Of a stretch of DNA of 64,000 nucleotides, positions 48,401 through 57,978 are shown one piece after another; position 1 is the stretch's first letter, and each line of letters opens with the position of its first letter. The DNA is taken from the NCBI GenBank assembly GCA_964469605.1, contig CAYXZA010000003.1, positions 3,721 to 67,720 of the forward strand, given 5' to 3'. The stretch is from an uncultured Candidatus Saccharibacteria bacterium (GTDB lineage: Bacteria; Patescibacteriota; Minisyncoccia; Phycocordibacterales; DATDWN01). A model generated the notes under the pieces. That model made no database searches. It had not been told where the DNA came from and worked only from the letters and a program-made list of their open reading frames with translations. The position numbers were made by a program, and so were the translations under genes.

Positions 48401-48613
48401 TGCTAAGAAGAAATCAACCCCTATTATTGGTTTAATTTCTTTTTTTTTACACTCTTTGTAAAATTCAATAGCTCCGTATAGATTTCCACTATCTGTTAGT
48501 GCCAAAGCCGTCATATTTTCTGATTTTGCTTTTTTTACCAAATCTTCTATTTTAGGCAATGCAGAGAGAAGGGAATAGTGACTATGGGTATGTAGGTGTG
48601 TAAAATCATCCAT
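45443..48613 (-). CDS. dnaE: DNA polymerase III alpha subunit.
   Basis: N-terminal PHP motif FTHLHTHSHYSLL is present. The palm/fingers architecture runs over 1056 aa. A C-terminal OB-fold region is present. Confidence 0.9.
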   Translation of the reverse strand: MDDFTHLHTHSHYSLLSALPKIEDLVKKAKSENMTALALTDSGNLYGAIEFYKECKKKEIKPIIGVDFFLAPREMKDKDGSIDKPRERLLLIAKDYTGYKNLIKLVTVSHLEGFYYKPRIDSGTLEKYKEGLICIAPFLNSDISKAIEIKDYEKAGIKADFYKRLFGDDFYIEISKHSEIKNLIEKADAVIDFANKNNIKAFASQEVYYLEKDDRKAWKTLLSIQSNGEIREDDEEYDLSFRKKSEILNSFKDQENLILNNKEISDKCNIEIELGKWVFPAFKIESGLSADEELKKIAYEGLDKRNIEKTEEILKRLDYELEVIKNKGYSPYFLVVADLLKYADENGILTNIRGSVSGSLTTYLSGITKINPIEYEIPFERFLNPDRPSAPDIDMDYADDRRDEMVEYAKRKYGSDKVAQIGTFGTMAARGSVRDTARALGFPYSLGDMIAKLIPMGSQGFPMTIERALEETEELKDLYKKEKDVKIIIDMAMKIEGCARHMGIHAAGVVISPTEITDYTALQYDPKGEGKIITQYDMYSIEEAGLLKFDFLGLSNLSIIADTITLISKTKGVNLKQDDIPIDDKKTFKILAKGETEDLFQLNGDGMTRFLVELKPTTIHDINAMVALYRPGPIQFIPDYIERKHNPQKISYLDQALEPILKKTYGILVYQDDLLMMAHKLAGYSWGEVDKFRKAVGKKIPEEMAMQKEKFIKGCVQYSNWPEKKAAQLWTWIEPFAAYGFNKAHSVSYGRVAYQTAYLKANFPAEYMASVLTHHDGDVDKVAISVAECKRMGILILPPDINQSYSDFTVVKDAEKETIRFGLTTIKNFGENISHMIIEERKKSGNFKSLEDFLSRINDRNLNKKSLEALIKSGALDSISIDFKRHDLLDNLEKMLEFSRQSKPEENQNSLFSDFGNNLKLDIKKSEKYNTANELLWEKELLGLYLSGHPLDQFKERLGKRDLDIKKVKEVSKNNKEVIVGGIIEEIKEIETKKGDKMYFVKLSDISDSIELILFPKVCLEFKDFINKDTCVVVKGKISEKNGNKNILVDKIKILE

Positions 48614-48675
48614 ATCTAAATTATACTAGAAAAAAAATTAAAGTAATATTTACAAAATATGATATTATTTTCTAA

Positions 48676-49287
48676 ATGGCTTCAAGTTACATTATAGGTG
48701 TTGATGAGGTTGGTAGAGGGCCTTTGGCAGGGCCGATTTGTTTTGGGTTTGTAAAGGTTTCTTTTGAAAATTATATAAGACTGAAAAAAAATAAAAATTT
48801 ACCAAAAAAAGGTCTTGATTCTAAAAAAATAAATAAAAATGAAAGAGAGGGGTTTGAAAAATATTTAAAAAAGTTAAAAAAAGATGGGGTATTAGATTTT
48901 TGTATTGTTACTTTTTCAAACAAAGATATAGATAAATTTGGACTATCTGTTGTAATAAAAAAGAGTATAGAAGAAGGTCTGAAAAAAATGAAAGCAGACA
49001 AAAAAGACACTCTATTTTTTGATGGTGGACTTAGGACAGATATTTCAAATTTTCCAAATCAAAAAACCATAATAAAAGGTGATGAGAAAGAAAAAATTAT
49101 CTCTTGGGCTAGTATAGTTGCAAAGGTTTATAGAGATAGGTTTATGAAAAAGCAGTCTCTAAAATATCCAAAATATGGATTTGATAAAAATGTTGGATAT
49201 GGGACAAAGGAACATCTACAAAAAATCAAAGATTTTGGAGTGTGCTCTTTACACAGAAAATCTTTTTTGACAAAAGTTATTTTATGA
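48676..49287 (+). CDS. rnhB: Ribonuclease HII, with a lysine-rich insertion.
   Basis: N-terminal catalytic motif IIGVDEVGRGPLAGPI is present. C-terminal YGFDKNVGYGTKEHL is present. Confidence 0.7.
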   Translation: MASSYIIGVDEVGRGPLAGPICFGFVKVSFENYIRLKKNKNLPKKGLDSKKINKNEREGFEKYLKKLKKDGVLDFCIVTFSNKDIDKFGLSVVIKKSIEEGLKKMKADKKDTLFFDGGLRTDISNFPNQKTIIKGDEKEKIISWASIVAKVYRDRFMKKQSLKYPKYGFDKNVGYGTKEHLQKIKDFGVCSLHRKSFLTKVIL

Positions 49288-49306
49288 TTATTATCTATAT
49301 GTAGAT

Positions 49307-49552
49307 ATGGAATATACTAAATATGAAGAATGTGCATATAATAAATTAAGACTACAAGCATATTTTTTATATAAAGGAAAAATTTATCAGAAAATTACAA
49401 ATATGTATGCAAAATTAGTTGATGATCCGAATGGTAAAGAAATTTGTTTTTCATGTTTTTCTGGTGTGACAAGAATAGTTCTGAATAATAAGGTTTTTAC
49501 TGATTCGGTTTTACCAAGTAGAGTAAGAATGAAATTCTATAATGCAACTTAG
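49307..49552 (+). CDS. Hypothetical small protein.
   Basis: 81-aa ORF with no recognised family. Confidence 0.25.
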   Translation: MEYTKYEECAYNKLRLQAYFLYKGKIYQKITNMYAKLVDDPNGKEICFSCFSGVTRIVLNNKVFTDSVLPSRVRMKFYNAT

Positions 49553-49591
49553 AGTTGCTTTTTTGTTTGATTATGTTAATATGTATATATT

Positions 49592-49807
49592 ATGGTAGTA
49601 AGAATGAGACATACTAGGGCACAGAGGGGAAATACAAGATCCCATCATGCTCTTTCAAAACCGCCTGTAACAGTTGACAAAAGTGGTAATCCACACCTTC
49701 GTCATAGGGCTTCACTTGTAACCGGAGAATATAGAGGTAGAAAGGTTATAGATACAGAAGCAAAGCTTTTGAAAAAAGCTAAAAAAATGCAAAAAGAAGG
49801 TAGATAA
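49592..49807 (+). CDS. rpmF: 50S ribosomal protein L32 (non-Cys type), with a C-terminal extension.
   Basis: RSHHALSKPPVTVDKSGNPHLRHRASLVTGEYRGRKVI closely parallels the bL32 consensus (RRSHDALT...LSVDK.SGE.HLRHH...GYYRGRKVI). Confidence 0.7.
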   Translation: MVVRMRHTRAQRGNTRSHHALSKPPVTVDKSGNPHLRHRASLVTGEYRGRKVIDTEAKLLKKAKKMQKEGR

Positions 49808-49817
49808 AAATAAAAAA

Positions 49818-50729
49818 ATGGCAAATAGGCACATTTCCAGATCAATAGTATTACAAACACTTTTTGAATGGGATTTTCGTTCTGTTTCCAAAGACGACTG
49901 TTTAGAGGTTTTAAATAGGAATATCAAAGAATTTGCTGATGAGAGCAGAGATTTTCCTTTTATGGAAAAATTGCTTTTTGGTGTTTTGGATAAACAAAAA
50001 GATCTTGATCTGATTATAGAGAAAGCTGCACCAGAATGGCCAATAGATAAAATAAGTTTAATTGATAGAAATATACTAAGACTAGGGCTTTATGAGCTTT
50101 TGTTCTCTGATAGAGATGAAGTTCCTGCAAAAGTTGCAATAAATGAAGCAATAGAGTTATCTAAAGTTTTTGGTAGTGACACATCAAGTAAATTTATAAA
50201 TGGTGTGCTGGGAGCTGTATATAAAGAAATAGGTGAACCAGGCAAAGATCAAGTAACAAAAGATCGTAAAAAAATTGATATAAATGAACCTATTAAAACA
50301 GAATATTTGGCAGGTGCTGTTGTTTATGCAAAAAACAATGATGATATTTATGTTGCTTTAGTTCATGATGTTTTTGGTAGATGGACATTGTCAAAGGGTC
50401 ATATAGAGGTTGATGTTGCAAATGTCACAGATGATATTATTTCTAATGAGTGTAAGAGAGTTATAAAAGAAGAATTGTCTTTAAATGTGTCTGTAAAAGA
50501 AAAATTAGGTAGCAATGAATATTCAACCTATCATCCAGAAAAAGGTAAGATAAAAAAGAATGTCACATATTTTTTGGTTGAATCTGATTTTGAAGAGATA
50601 AAACTTATAAACAGTGGTGGACTGGATGATGCGAGATGGTTCAGGTTAGGCGAGATACTTGACTTGAATTTTTATAATGATATATTGCCACTTATTACAA
50701 AAGCAGTAAATATACTTTTAGGTAAATAA
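49818..50729 (+). CDS. nusB: Fusion of NusB-like transcription antitermination domain with a C-terminal Nudix-like hydrolase domain.
   Basis: N-terminal NusB-like sequence (RHISRSIVLQTLFEWDF...AINEAIELSKVFG) is present. The C-terminal ~150 aa carry a Nudix-box-like segment (GHIEVDVANVTDDIISNECKRVIKEELSL). Confidence 0.55.
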   Translation: MANRHISRSIVLQTLFEWDFRSVSKDDCLEVLNRNIKEFADESRDFPFMEKLLFGVLDKQKDLDLIIEKAAPEWPIDKISLIDRNILRLGLYELLFSDRDEVPAKVAINEAIELSKVFGSDTSSKFINGVLGAVYKEIGEPGKDQVTKDRKKIDINEPIKTEYLAGAVVYAKNNDDIYVALVHDVFGRWTLSKGHIEVDVANVTDDIISNECKRVIKEELSLNVSVKEKLGSNEYSTYHPEKGKIKKNVTYFLVESDFEEIKLINSGGLDDARWFRLGEILDLNFYNDILPLITKAVNILLGK

Positions 50730-50731
50730 AA

Positions 50732-51421
50732 ATGAATTTTAATGATTTTGAACAAAAAATAAATATTATTTTTAAAGATAAAGATCTTTTAAGACAAGCA
50801 TTTATACATAGGTCTTATCTAAATGAAAATAAAAATTTAAAAACTGATCATAATGAAAGATTGGAGTTTTTAGGTGATGCTATATTGGAACTTGTTATTA
50901 CAGATTATTTATTTCATAACTATCCGGATAAAAATGAGGGTATTTTGACATCTTATAGGTCAGCCCTTGTAAATGCAGATACTTGTGCATCTATTGCATC
51001 TGATTTGGGTGTAAATGAACTTCTGCTCTTGTCAAAAGGTGAGAGTAAAGATACAGGAAGAGCTAGACAATATATACTTGCAAATACACTAGAAGCTATA
51101 ATCGGGGCAATATATCTAGATCAAGGTTATGAAAAATCTAAATCTTTTATTGATGAAAATTTTATTCCACTTATAGATACAATAACAAAAGAGGGTTTAC
51201 ATATAGATGCTAAAAGTTTATTTCAAGAAAAAGCACAGGAGTTTTTAGGAATAACCCCTTTATATAAAACTATAAAAGAATCTGGCCCAGATCATGACAA
51301 AGTATTTACAGTGGCACTTTTTGTTGGTGATCAGGAAGTTTCAAATGGTTCTGGTAAATCAAAACAAGATGCTGAACAAGATGCTGCCAAAAATGCTCTT
51401 GTAAAAAACAATTGGAAATAA
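50732..51421 (+). CDS. rnc: Ribonuclease III.
   Basis: RNase III signature ERLEFLGDAILELVITDYLF is present. A C-terminal dsRBD is present. Confidence 0.85.
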   Translation: MNFNDFEQKINIIFKDKDLLRQAFIHRSYLNENKNLKTDHNERLEFLGDAILELVITDYLFHNYPDKNEGILTSYRSALVNADTCASIASDLGVNELLLLSKGESKDTGRARQYILANTLEAIIGAIYLDQGYEKSKSFIDENFIPLIDTITKEGLHIDAKSLFQEKAQEFLGITPLYKTIKESGPDHDKVFTVALFVGDQEVSNGSGKSKQDAEQDAAKNALVKNNWK

Positions 51422-51428
51422 TTTAAAT

Positions 51429-51581
51429 TTATTCGATAAATACCCCTCAGTTTTGCTGTGGGGATTGGTAAAATAGTGTTGGCGGTGGCCGACTCCTATA
51501 CGAATATAAGAGCCCTGGTTCGCCTCGCCAATACCTCGTCTGCTCTGCCAGCGAGGATCAGGCGAGGTGACTGCTTTTATT
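51429..51581. repeat. GC-rich structured repeat family, copy C (~150 bp).
   Basis: ~96% identical to 31166-31318. It lies between convergent genes. Its 3' end supplies the TAA stop of the minus-strand dehydrogenase-like gene. Confidence 0.8.
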
Positions 51582-52413
51582 TAGATTTTTTGTCTCTAAT
51601 ATTTGTATTTACTTTGAGCACAGATTCTAATAGCTCCGGTGTATAACCGTTTTCTTTTGAAGCTTTGACTATTGCATTTACATCTTTTGGAAGACATTTT
51701 CCTCCGAAACCTCTATTGTTTTCAAATACTGTGCTATGTGATCTACCCATTCTTCCATCTAAAAGCCAAAGTTCTCTAAGTTCATTGTAGTCAACTCCAA
51801 GATTTTCAGCTATATCAAAGAATTCATTACAAAAAGTAACTTTTGTTGCTAAAAATGCATTTTCCATATATTTGCATAATTCTGCTGTTGTGCTGTCTGT
51901 TTGGTAAAACCTGGGTTCAGGGCCATAAACTTTTTTAAAGAAAGTTAGTATTTCTTTTCTGGTTTCTTTTTCTCCACCTATTATTACAAAATCGTGTTTT
52001 TTCATATCTGTTGGGTCTGGGTATCCTTTCCAGAATGGTATTTCATATTTTCCTTCACCTATATACTCCGGACTAAAACATATATTTTTGCCAGTTTTTT
52101 TAATAAGCCTTTCTGTTGTTTTTGGTGGTATTGTGCTTTTTATAAGTATATTTTTAGCATCGATCCAAGAAACAACTTCTTCTACAAGTGAGGTGTCACA
52201 AGATCCATCGTCTTTCATTTGTGTTGGCACACAAACAACTGCCAAATCAGCTTTGCTTACTTTTTTCTTATCTTTGAATTCTTTATAGTATGGGTCATAA
52301 ACACAAACATCAAAATGGTCTTTAAAAAAGTTATAAACTGCTTTACCAACATAACCATAACCAATAATAGCTACTCTTTCTTTTATTTTTTCTTCTTTTT
52401 TGATCTTTTTCAT
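51577..52413 (-). CDS. Short nucleotide-sugar dehydrogenase family protein (UDP-glucose/GDP-mannose dehydrogenase-like; lacks the C-terminal domain).
   Basis: N-terminal Rossmann motif VAIIGYGYVGKAV is present. VCVPTQ is present. Central-domain segment ELCKYMENAFLATKVTFCNEF is present. Confidence 0.55.
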   Translation of the reverse strand: MKKIKKEEKIKERVAIIGYGYVGKAVYNFFKDHFDVCVYDPYYKEFKDKKKVSKADLAVVCVPTQMKDDGSCDTSLVEEVVSWIDAKNILIKSTIPPKTTERLIKKTGKNICFSPEYIGEGKYEIPFWKGYPDPTDMKKHDFVIIGGEKETRKEILTFFKKVYGPEPRFYQTDSTTAELCKYMENAFLATKVTFCNEFFDIAENLGVDYNELRELWLLDGRMGRSHSTVFENNRGFGGKCLPKDVNAIVKASKENGYTPELLESVLKVNTNIRDKKSK

Positions 52414-52540
52414 TGTAATTAAATGCTAACTTTTAAACCCTCTTATTGTCAACATCCTTGCTCTAAATATTTTATGTTTTTAAGTGATAAGTATGGGGAT
52501 AGATAAAGAATAGATTTGTTTTTTTTGCTATAATTTTATT

Positions 52541-54775
52541 ATGTATTTGAAATCGCTGGAAATAAATGGCTTTAAATCATTTGCAAAAAAAAGTGAACTT
52601 TTTTTTAATTCTTCTATTTCTGCAATAGTTGGCCCAAATGGTTCAGGAAAAAGCAATGTAGCAGAATCTTTTAGATTTGTATTAGGAGAACAATCTTTAA
52701 AATCTCTTAGGGGTAAGAGGGGTGAGGATTTGATTTGGAATGGATCATCTGAAGTTCCCAGGTCAGGTAGAGCATCTGTAAAAATTATTTTAGATAATAA
52801 AAATAAATTTTTACCAATAGATTTTGAAGAGGTGTCGATTGAAAGGGTTGTTTATCGTGATGGTTTAAATGAATATATTTTAAATGGCTCAAAAGTTAGA
52901 CTAAAAGATGTTACTGAACTTTTGGCTTCTGCTGCAATCGGCTCTTCCTCCCATCACATAATCTCACAAGGAGAAGCTGACAGGATACTTTCTGCAAGTA
53001 GTAGAGAGAGAAGAGAAATGATAGAAGAAGCTCTTGGTTTGAGAGTTTATCAATACAAAAAAATAGAAAGTCAAAAGAAACTTTTAAAAACAGAGGAAAA
53101 TATAAAAGAAATATCATCTCTTAGGAGAGAATTATCTCCTCATTTAAAATTTTTGAAAAAACAAGTTGAGAAAATAGAAAAAGCAGAGGTTTTAAGAAAT
53201 GAATTAAAAGAAAAAGCCAAAGTTTATTTGAATCTGGAGTATAAATACATAGAAGATTTAAAAACACATATTTCAAATGATAAAATTGAAAATGATAAAA
53301 AACTAAAAGAAATAGATGGAAATATAGAAGAATGTAGGTTTAAATTGGAAAATAAAAAAGATCAGGGTGGACTGAATTCTATGGTTTTAAAAATAGAAGA
53401 AAAGCTGAAAGATATTAGAGGTAGAAAAGAAGATCTGACAAGGAGAATTGGACTTTTAGAGGGTAGTATAGAAGCTACTTTGAAAATGGTTAGAAGAGAA
53501 GAGGAATTGCTGAGTCAAAAGGATTTGAAAACAGTTGAACTGCAATCCGTCAAAAGTTTATACAGAGAGATAGATAAACAAATAAAAAATATTGAGTCTA
53601 TTTCAGATATTGTTAAAATAAAAGAAATTATTTCATCTATAAGATCTCTTATTTCTGCATTTATAGAAATGCACGAAGATAGGGTTGATACTAAAAATTT
53701 GATAGATGCAAAAATGGAGATTGAAAAATTTTCTTCCGAAAAAGAAAATCTTTTAAAAGATAAAAAAAGTATTGATATTGAAGAAGAAAATTTTACAGTT
53801 GAATACAATAATCTATATAGGCAAATAGAATCAGAAAAAGATACAAATAGAGATGCTGAAAAAGAATTGTTTAGATATATGGCTATAAAACAAAATCTGT
53901 TAAGTGTAGATTCTGAAATATCAAACAAAGAAAATTTGTTGAAAAACAGAGAGGAATTGTTTAAAAATGATAGCAGAGAACTTGTTTTGATATTGGGACA
54001 GGATCTTTTGGGTTTTGAAAAAGATGTTTACAACATAGATCCTTATGATTTTGAAAAAGAAAAAAGAGAAATTGAAAAGGTAAAAATCCGTTTGGAAGAA
54101 GCTGGTGTCTTAGGTGGTGCCGATATATTAAAAGAATACAATGATACTGAAAATAGGGATAAGTTTTTGGAAAAAGAAATTACTGATCTTGAGGTTTCGG
54201 CAAAATCTCTGAAAGATTTAATAGTTGATCTGGACAGTAAGCTTGATGAAGAATTTGCATCTGGGGTTTCTAAAATCAATCATCAATTTAAAGAATTTTT
54301 CTCCCTTATGTTTGGTGGTGGGGAAGCTTCACTTGATGTTATTTCAAAAAATATCCAAGAAGAAGAGGTTTTAGATGGCGAAGATGGTGATATTTCTCCT
54401 GTTTTGGATAAAGAAAAAAATATCGGCATAGATATAAATGTCTCACTTCCAAGAAAAAAGATCAAAGGACTCTTAGCTTTATCTGGTGGTGAAAGAGCTT
54501 TAACTTCTATAGCATTACTTTTTGCTATCTCTCAGGTCAATCCTCCACCATTTATTATTTTAGATGAAACAGATGCTGCACTAGATGAGGCTAATTCTAA
54601 AAAATATGGAGATATGATAGAGAAACTTTCAAAATATTCTCAACTTATTGTTATAACCCACAACAGAGAGACAATGTCCAGAGCAGGTGTTTTGTATGGT
54701 ATCACTATGGGTCAAGGCGGAGTCTCTAAGTTACTATCCGTTGCTTTTGAAGAAGCTGTTGTTGTAGCAAAATAA
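52541..54775 (+). CDS. smc: Short SMC-like chromosome segregation ATPase (744 aa).
   Basis: Walker A GPNGSGKSN is present. A long coiled-coil follows. C-terminal signature LSGGERALTSIALLFAI is present. Walker B ILDETDAALD is present. Confidence 0.75.
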   Translation: MYLKSLEINGFKSFAKKSELFFNSSISAIVGPNGSGKSNVAESFRFVLGEQSLKSLRGKRGEDLIWNGSSEVPRSGRASVKIILDNKNKFLPIDFEEVSIERVVYRDGLNEYILNGSKVRLKDVTELLASAAIGSSSHHIISQGEADRILSASSRERREMIEEALGLRVYQYKKIESQKKLLKTEENIKEISSLRRELSPHLKFLKKQVEKIEKAEVLRNELKEKAKVYLNLEYKYIEDLKTHISNDKIENDKKLKEIDGNIEECRFKLENKKDQGGLNSMVLKIEEKLKDIRGRKEDLTRRIGLLEGSIEATLKMVRREEELLSQKDLKTVELQSVKSLYREIDKQIKNIESISDIVKIKEIISSIRSLISAFIEMHEDRVDTKNLIDAKMEIEKFSSEKENLLKDKKSIDIEEENFTVEYNNLYRQIESEKDTNRDAEKELFRYMAIKQNLLSVDSEISNKENLLKNREELFKNDSRELVLILGQDLLGFEKDVYNIDPYDFEKEKREIEKVKIRLEEAGVLGGADILKEYNDTENRDKFLEKEITDLEVSAKSLKDLIVDLDSKLDEEFASGVSKINHQFKEFFSLMFGGGEASLDVISKNIQEEEVLDGEDGDISPVLDKEKNIGIDINVSLPRKKIKGLLALSGGERALTSIALLFAISQVNPPPFIILDETDAALDEANSKKYGDMIEKLSKYSQLIVITHNRETMSRAGVLYGITMGQGGVSKLLSVAFEEAVVVAK

Positions 54776-54779
54776 CATA

Positions 54780-55340
54780 TTGACTTTTACCATTTTATGT
54801 TATAGTCTATTGTTTAGAATGAGAAAAGATATGTTAGCATTACATTGCTCGTTTTTTATTCGTGATTTCAAAGAATATCTAAGATTAAAATATCCAGTCA
54901 CAATGTTTTTTGTTGATAATTTTTTGTGTTTGTTGATAATTTCTTTGTTAGCTTTATTTATACCCGCATTATCAAAAATTGCAATTATCTTTGCTTTGTT
55001 TTTGGTTTCATTTTTTTCTTGTAATTGGTATTTTTTCCCTGTTTTTATTCAAACTTCTATTATTCCTCATTATCTAAAAGTTGATAATAATGAAGAAAGA
55101 TCCGAAATAATTGAAATTCTAGATGCAGAATCTTTGACTGTACTAGATGTTAATAGAGATGAGTTAATGGACAGAAAAATAGAAATTTATGTAGTTTACT
55201 TTGTTTTTGATAAAAAACATTATAAACATTATCCTGATTTACAAACTTTTCCCAAGAATCATTTTCATTCAAAATATGTAAATTTGATTGCTGTGGGAAA
55301 TTTAGAAAAAAAAAGCAAACCTGTTTATATTCAAATATAA
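54780..55340 (+). CDS. Hypothetical membrane protein, tandem paralog 1.
   Basis: The N-terminus, TM helices and C-terminal soluble region parallel those of the next ORF (MTFTILCYSLLFRMRKDM versus MTFVGLFYILMFRMNKEI). Confidence 0.35.
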   Translation: MTFTILCYSLLFRMRKDMLALHCSFFIRDFKEYLRLKYPVTMFFVDNFLCLLIISLLALFIPALSKIAIIFALFLVSFFSCNWYFFPVFIQTSIIPHYLKVDNNEERSEIIEILDAESLTVLDVNRDELMDRKIEIYVVYFVFDKKHYKHYPDLQTFPKNHFHSKYVNLIAVGNLEKKSKPVYIQI

Positions 55341-55368
55341 TTGCCCCAAGGGCATTTTTTTTACAAAT

Positions 55369-55938
55369 TTGACTTTTGTTGGTTTATTTTATATCCTCAT
55401 GTTTAGAATGAATAAAGAAATCTTTGACTTACATAAGTCATATTTCTTAGGTGATATTATTAATTATTTGAGAGTCAAGCATCCTATTACAATGTCTTTG
55501 ATTGATAATATTTTTTCTTTAGTAATATCATTTGGTATTTTTAGTGTATATCTTTTTTATGTACTAAGAGGTGGTTCATCTCCAGTGGTTGTTATTTTTT
55601 CGGTTCTATTGTGGGTTTTATATTTATTTTCAATTATGATTTTAGTTTTACATGATTTTGAGATTATAAATATATTAAATAGTATAGTATATAAACTCAC
55701 TTTTATTAATGATGATATTCAAATTCAAACAATAATTGAATTGTTAGATCATCAAGACTTGATTTTTTTGAAGGTTGATCAAAAAGCTAATCAAATAAAA
55801 TTTCTTGATTTTTATAGAGTTGATTTTTATACAAAGCTAGGATATTTTCCTTCTCATCATTGTAAATGCAGAAATTTGTCTTTGGTATGTATTTCAAGTA
55901 AAGAAAAGTTTTTGTACAAACAAGTCAAGTTGCCTTAA
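55369..55938 (+). CDS. Hypothetical membrane protein, tandem paralog 2.
   Basis: Paralogous to 54780-55340, with 2-3 predicted TM helices. Confidence 0.35.
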   Translation: MTFVGLFYILMFRMNKEIFDLHKSYFLGDIINYLRVKHPITMSLIDNIFSLVISFGIFSVYLFYVLRGGSSPVVVIFSVLLWVLYLFSIMILVLHDFEIINILNSIVYKLTFINDDIQIQTIIELLDHQDLIFLKVDQKANQIKFLDFYRVDFYTKLGYFPSHHCKCRNLSLVCISSKEKFLYKQVKLP

Positions 55939-55963
55939 TAGGCGACTTTTTTGTTTTACAAAC

Positions 55964-57943
55964 TTATATTATCTGATAATCCAAAGTTTTCTTTTCCAGA
56001 TCTGCTGAAATGATTTTAAATTTGACCATATCTCCCAGTGTAAATTTTTTGCCAGTTTTTTGACCTATAACCGAATATGTTTTTGGGTTGAATTCAAAGA
56101 AATCATTGAACACATTTCCAACATCTCTCATCTTCATCATACCTTCACATTTTGTTTCTTTTTCTTCTATATATATGCCCCAATCTATAACACCGGTTAT
56201 TTTTCCTTCAAATATTTTTCCTATCTTGTCTTGCATATATTCAACTTGTTTGTATTTTATACTACCTCTTTCTGCATCGGCAGCTTTTTTTTCTTGTTCA
56301 GAACAAGTTATACATAATTTTTCAAATATACTAAATTCATCTTCTGCAATTTTTCCAGATTTTATTTCTCTTTCTAAAAGTCTATGAACTAACAGATCAG
56401 GATACCTTCTGATAGGGGAGGTAAAATGTGTGTAAAAATCAAATCCTAATCCAAAGTGTCCAATATTTTTTGTTGAATAAATGGCTTTTGCCATTGACCT
56501 TATTGTTGCTGTTTTTATAAGCTCTTCGTTTGGTGAACCTTCTATTTTTGAAAGAAGACTACTTATGTCTTTTGCTTTAACTTCTCCGTTGCTATGTTTT
56601 AGGTCATAACCTAGTGCTTTTAGAAAAGTTCCGAGTTCAAGTATTCTGTCCTTATCTGGTGTTTCGTGTATTCTGTAAACTGATTGAGGTTTAAAACTTC
56701 CTAGATTTTTTGCTTGTTTGTCATAAATAAATTTTGCAACTTCTTTGTTTGCAAGAAGCATAAACTCCTCGATCATTTTATGAGTGTCACCACGGATTTT
56801 TCTGTATATTCGTATTGGTTTACCGTTTTTATCCAATTCAAACTTTACCTCTTCTGTTTCAAAATTTATTGCTCCATTTTCAAACTTTTCTTTCTCTAAA
56901 ACTTTTCCAATTTTTCTTAAAGTGTCTAGTTCTTTTATGTAAAGTCCATCTCCTTTGTCTAGTATTTCTTGTGCCTCCTCATAAGTAAATCTTTTATTTG
57001 AATGTATAATAGTTTTTCCAAACCATCTGTCTTTTATGTTTGCATTTTCATCTATTTTGAAAACTGCTGAAAAAGTATATTTGTCCTCGTTTGGATTTAG
57101 AGAACAAAGATCATTTGATAATACTTCTGGTAACATCGGTATTGTTCTGTCTACAAGATAAACAGACAAAGCTCTTTTAACAGCTTCTTTGTCTAGTGCT
57201 GTTTTTTCTCTAACAAAATGACTAACATCGGCTATGTGTATTCCAATCTCGTATAGTCCATCACCCAACTCTTTCAAAGACAGAGCATCATCAAAATCTT
57301 TTGCATCTTTTGGGTCAATAGTAAAAGTTATAACATCCCTCATATCCCTCCTTTGATTAAATTCCTTTTCTTTTTCTTCTGCTGTCTCTGATATTTTTTT
57401 TATTTCCTCTGCTTCTCTTAAAACTTCTTTTGGAAATTCATCTTCAAAACCATTTTCAAATAAAATAGCTTTCATCTCTGTTTCGTGAATTCCTTTTTTA
57501 CCTATAACTTTTACAATCCTTGCTTCTGGGTTTTTAAAACCATCTCTCCAATTTACAAATTCAACTAAAACTTTAGTATTGTTTTCAATGTTTTTTAAAC
57601 TTTCATCTGGTTTGATAAAAAAATCAAGATAAACTCTGCTATCATCTGCTTTAACAAATGTAAAATTATTTGTTTTTATAACTGTGCCAACATAAGAAGT
57701 TTTATTTCTCTCTAAAACCTTTAAAACTTCTCCTTGAACTCTACCGTAAAAAAGCTCTGGTCTTTTTGAGACCTCAACAAAATCTCCGGGAAGTGCCTTG
57801 TTTAGATATTCTGTTTGGATTTCTATCGTATCCTCTGGATTTTCTTCTGACCTAAAATATCCAATGCCTTTGCTTGAAATAGATATATTTCCTAGGAGTT
57901 TACCTTTTTCTGTGTTTGTATTTTCATTTTTCATATAAACCAC
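55964..57943 (-). CDS. rnr: Ribonuclease R / exoribonuclease II family (RNB domain plus C-terminal S1).
   Basis: RNB catalytic motif DPKDAKDFDDALS is present. Cold-shock/OB folds are at the N-terminus. An S1-like domain is at the C-terminus. Confidence 0.85.
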   Translation of the reverse strand: MVYMKNENTNTEKGKLLGNISISSKGIGYFRSEENPEDTIEIQTEYLNKALPGDFVEVSKRPELFYGRVQGEVLKVLERNKTSYVGTVIKTNNFTFVKADDSRVYLDFFIKPDESLKNIENNTKVLVEFVNWRDGFKNPEARIVKVIGKKGIHETEMKAILFENGFEDEFPKEVLREAEEIKKISETAEEKEKEFNQRRDMRDVITFTIDPKDAKDFDDALSLKELGDGLYEIGIHIADVSHFVREKTALDKEAVKRALSVYLVDRTIPMLPEVLSNDLCSLNPNEDKYTFSAVFKIDENANIKDRWFGKTIIHSNKRFTYEEAQEILDKGDGLYIKELDTLRKIGKVLEKEKFENGAINFETEEVKFELDKNGKPIRIYRKIRGDTHKMIEEFMLLANKEVAKFIYDKQAKNLGSFKPQSVYRIHETPDKDRILELGTFLKALGYDLKHSNGEVKAKDISSLLSKIEGSPNEELIKTATIRSMAKAIYSTKNIGHFGLGFDFYTHFTSPIRRYPDLLVHRLLEREIKSGKIAEDEFSIFEKLCITCSEQEKKAADAERGSIKYKQVEYMQDKIGKIFEGKITGVIDWGIYIEEKETKCEGMMKMRDVGNVFNDFFEFNPKTYSVIGQKTGKKFTLGDMVKFKIISADLEKKTLDYQII

Positions 57944-57978
57944 TATATCAAATATTTAACTTTTGGTATAATCTGTAA

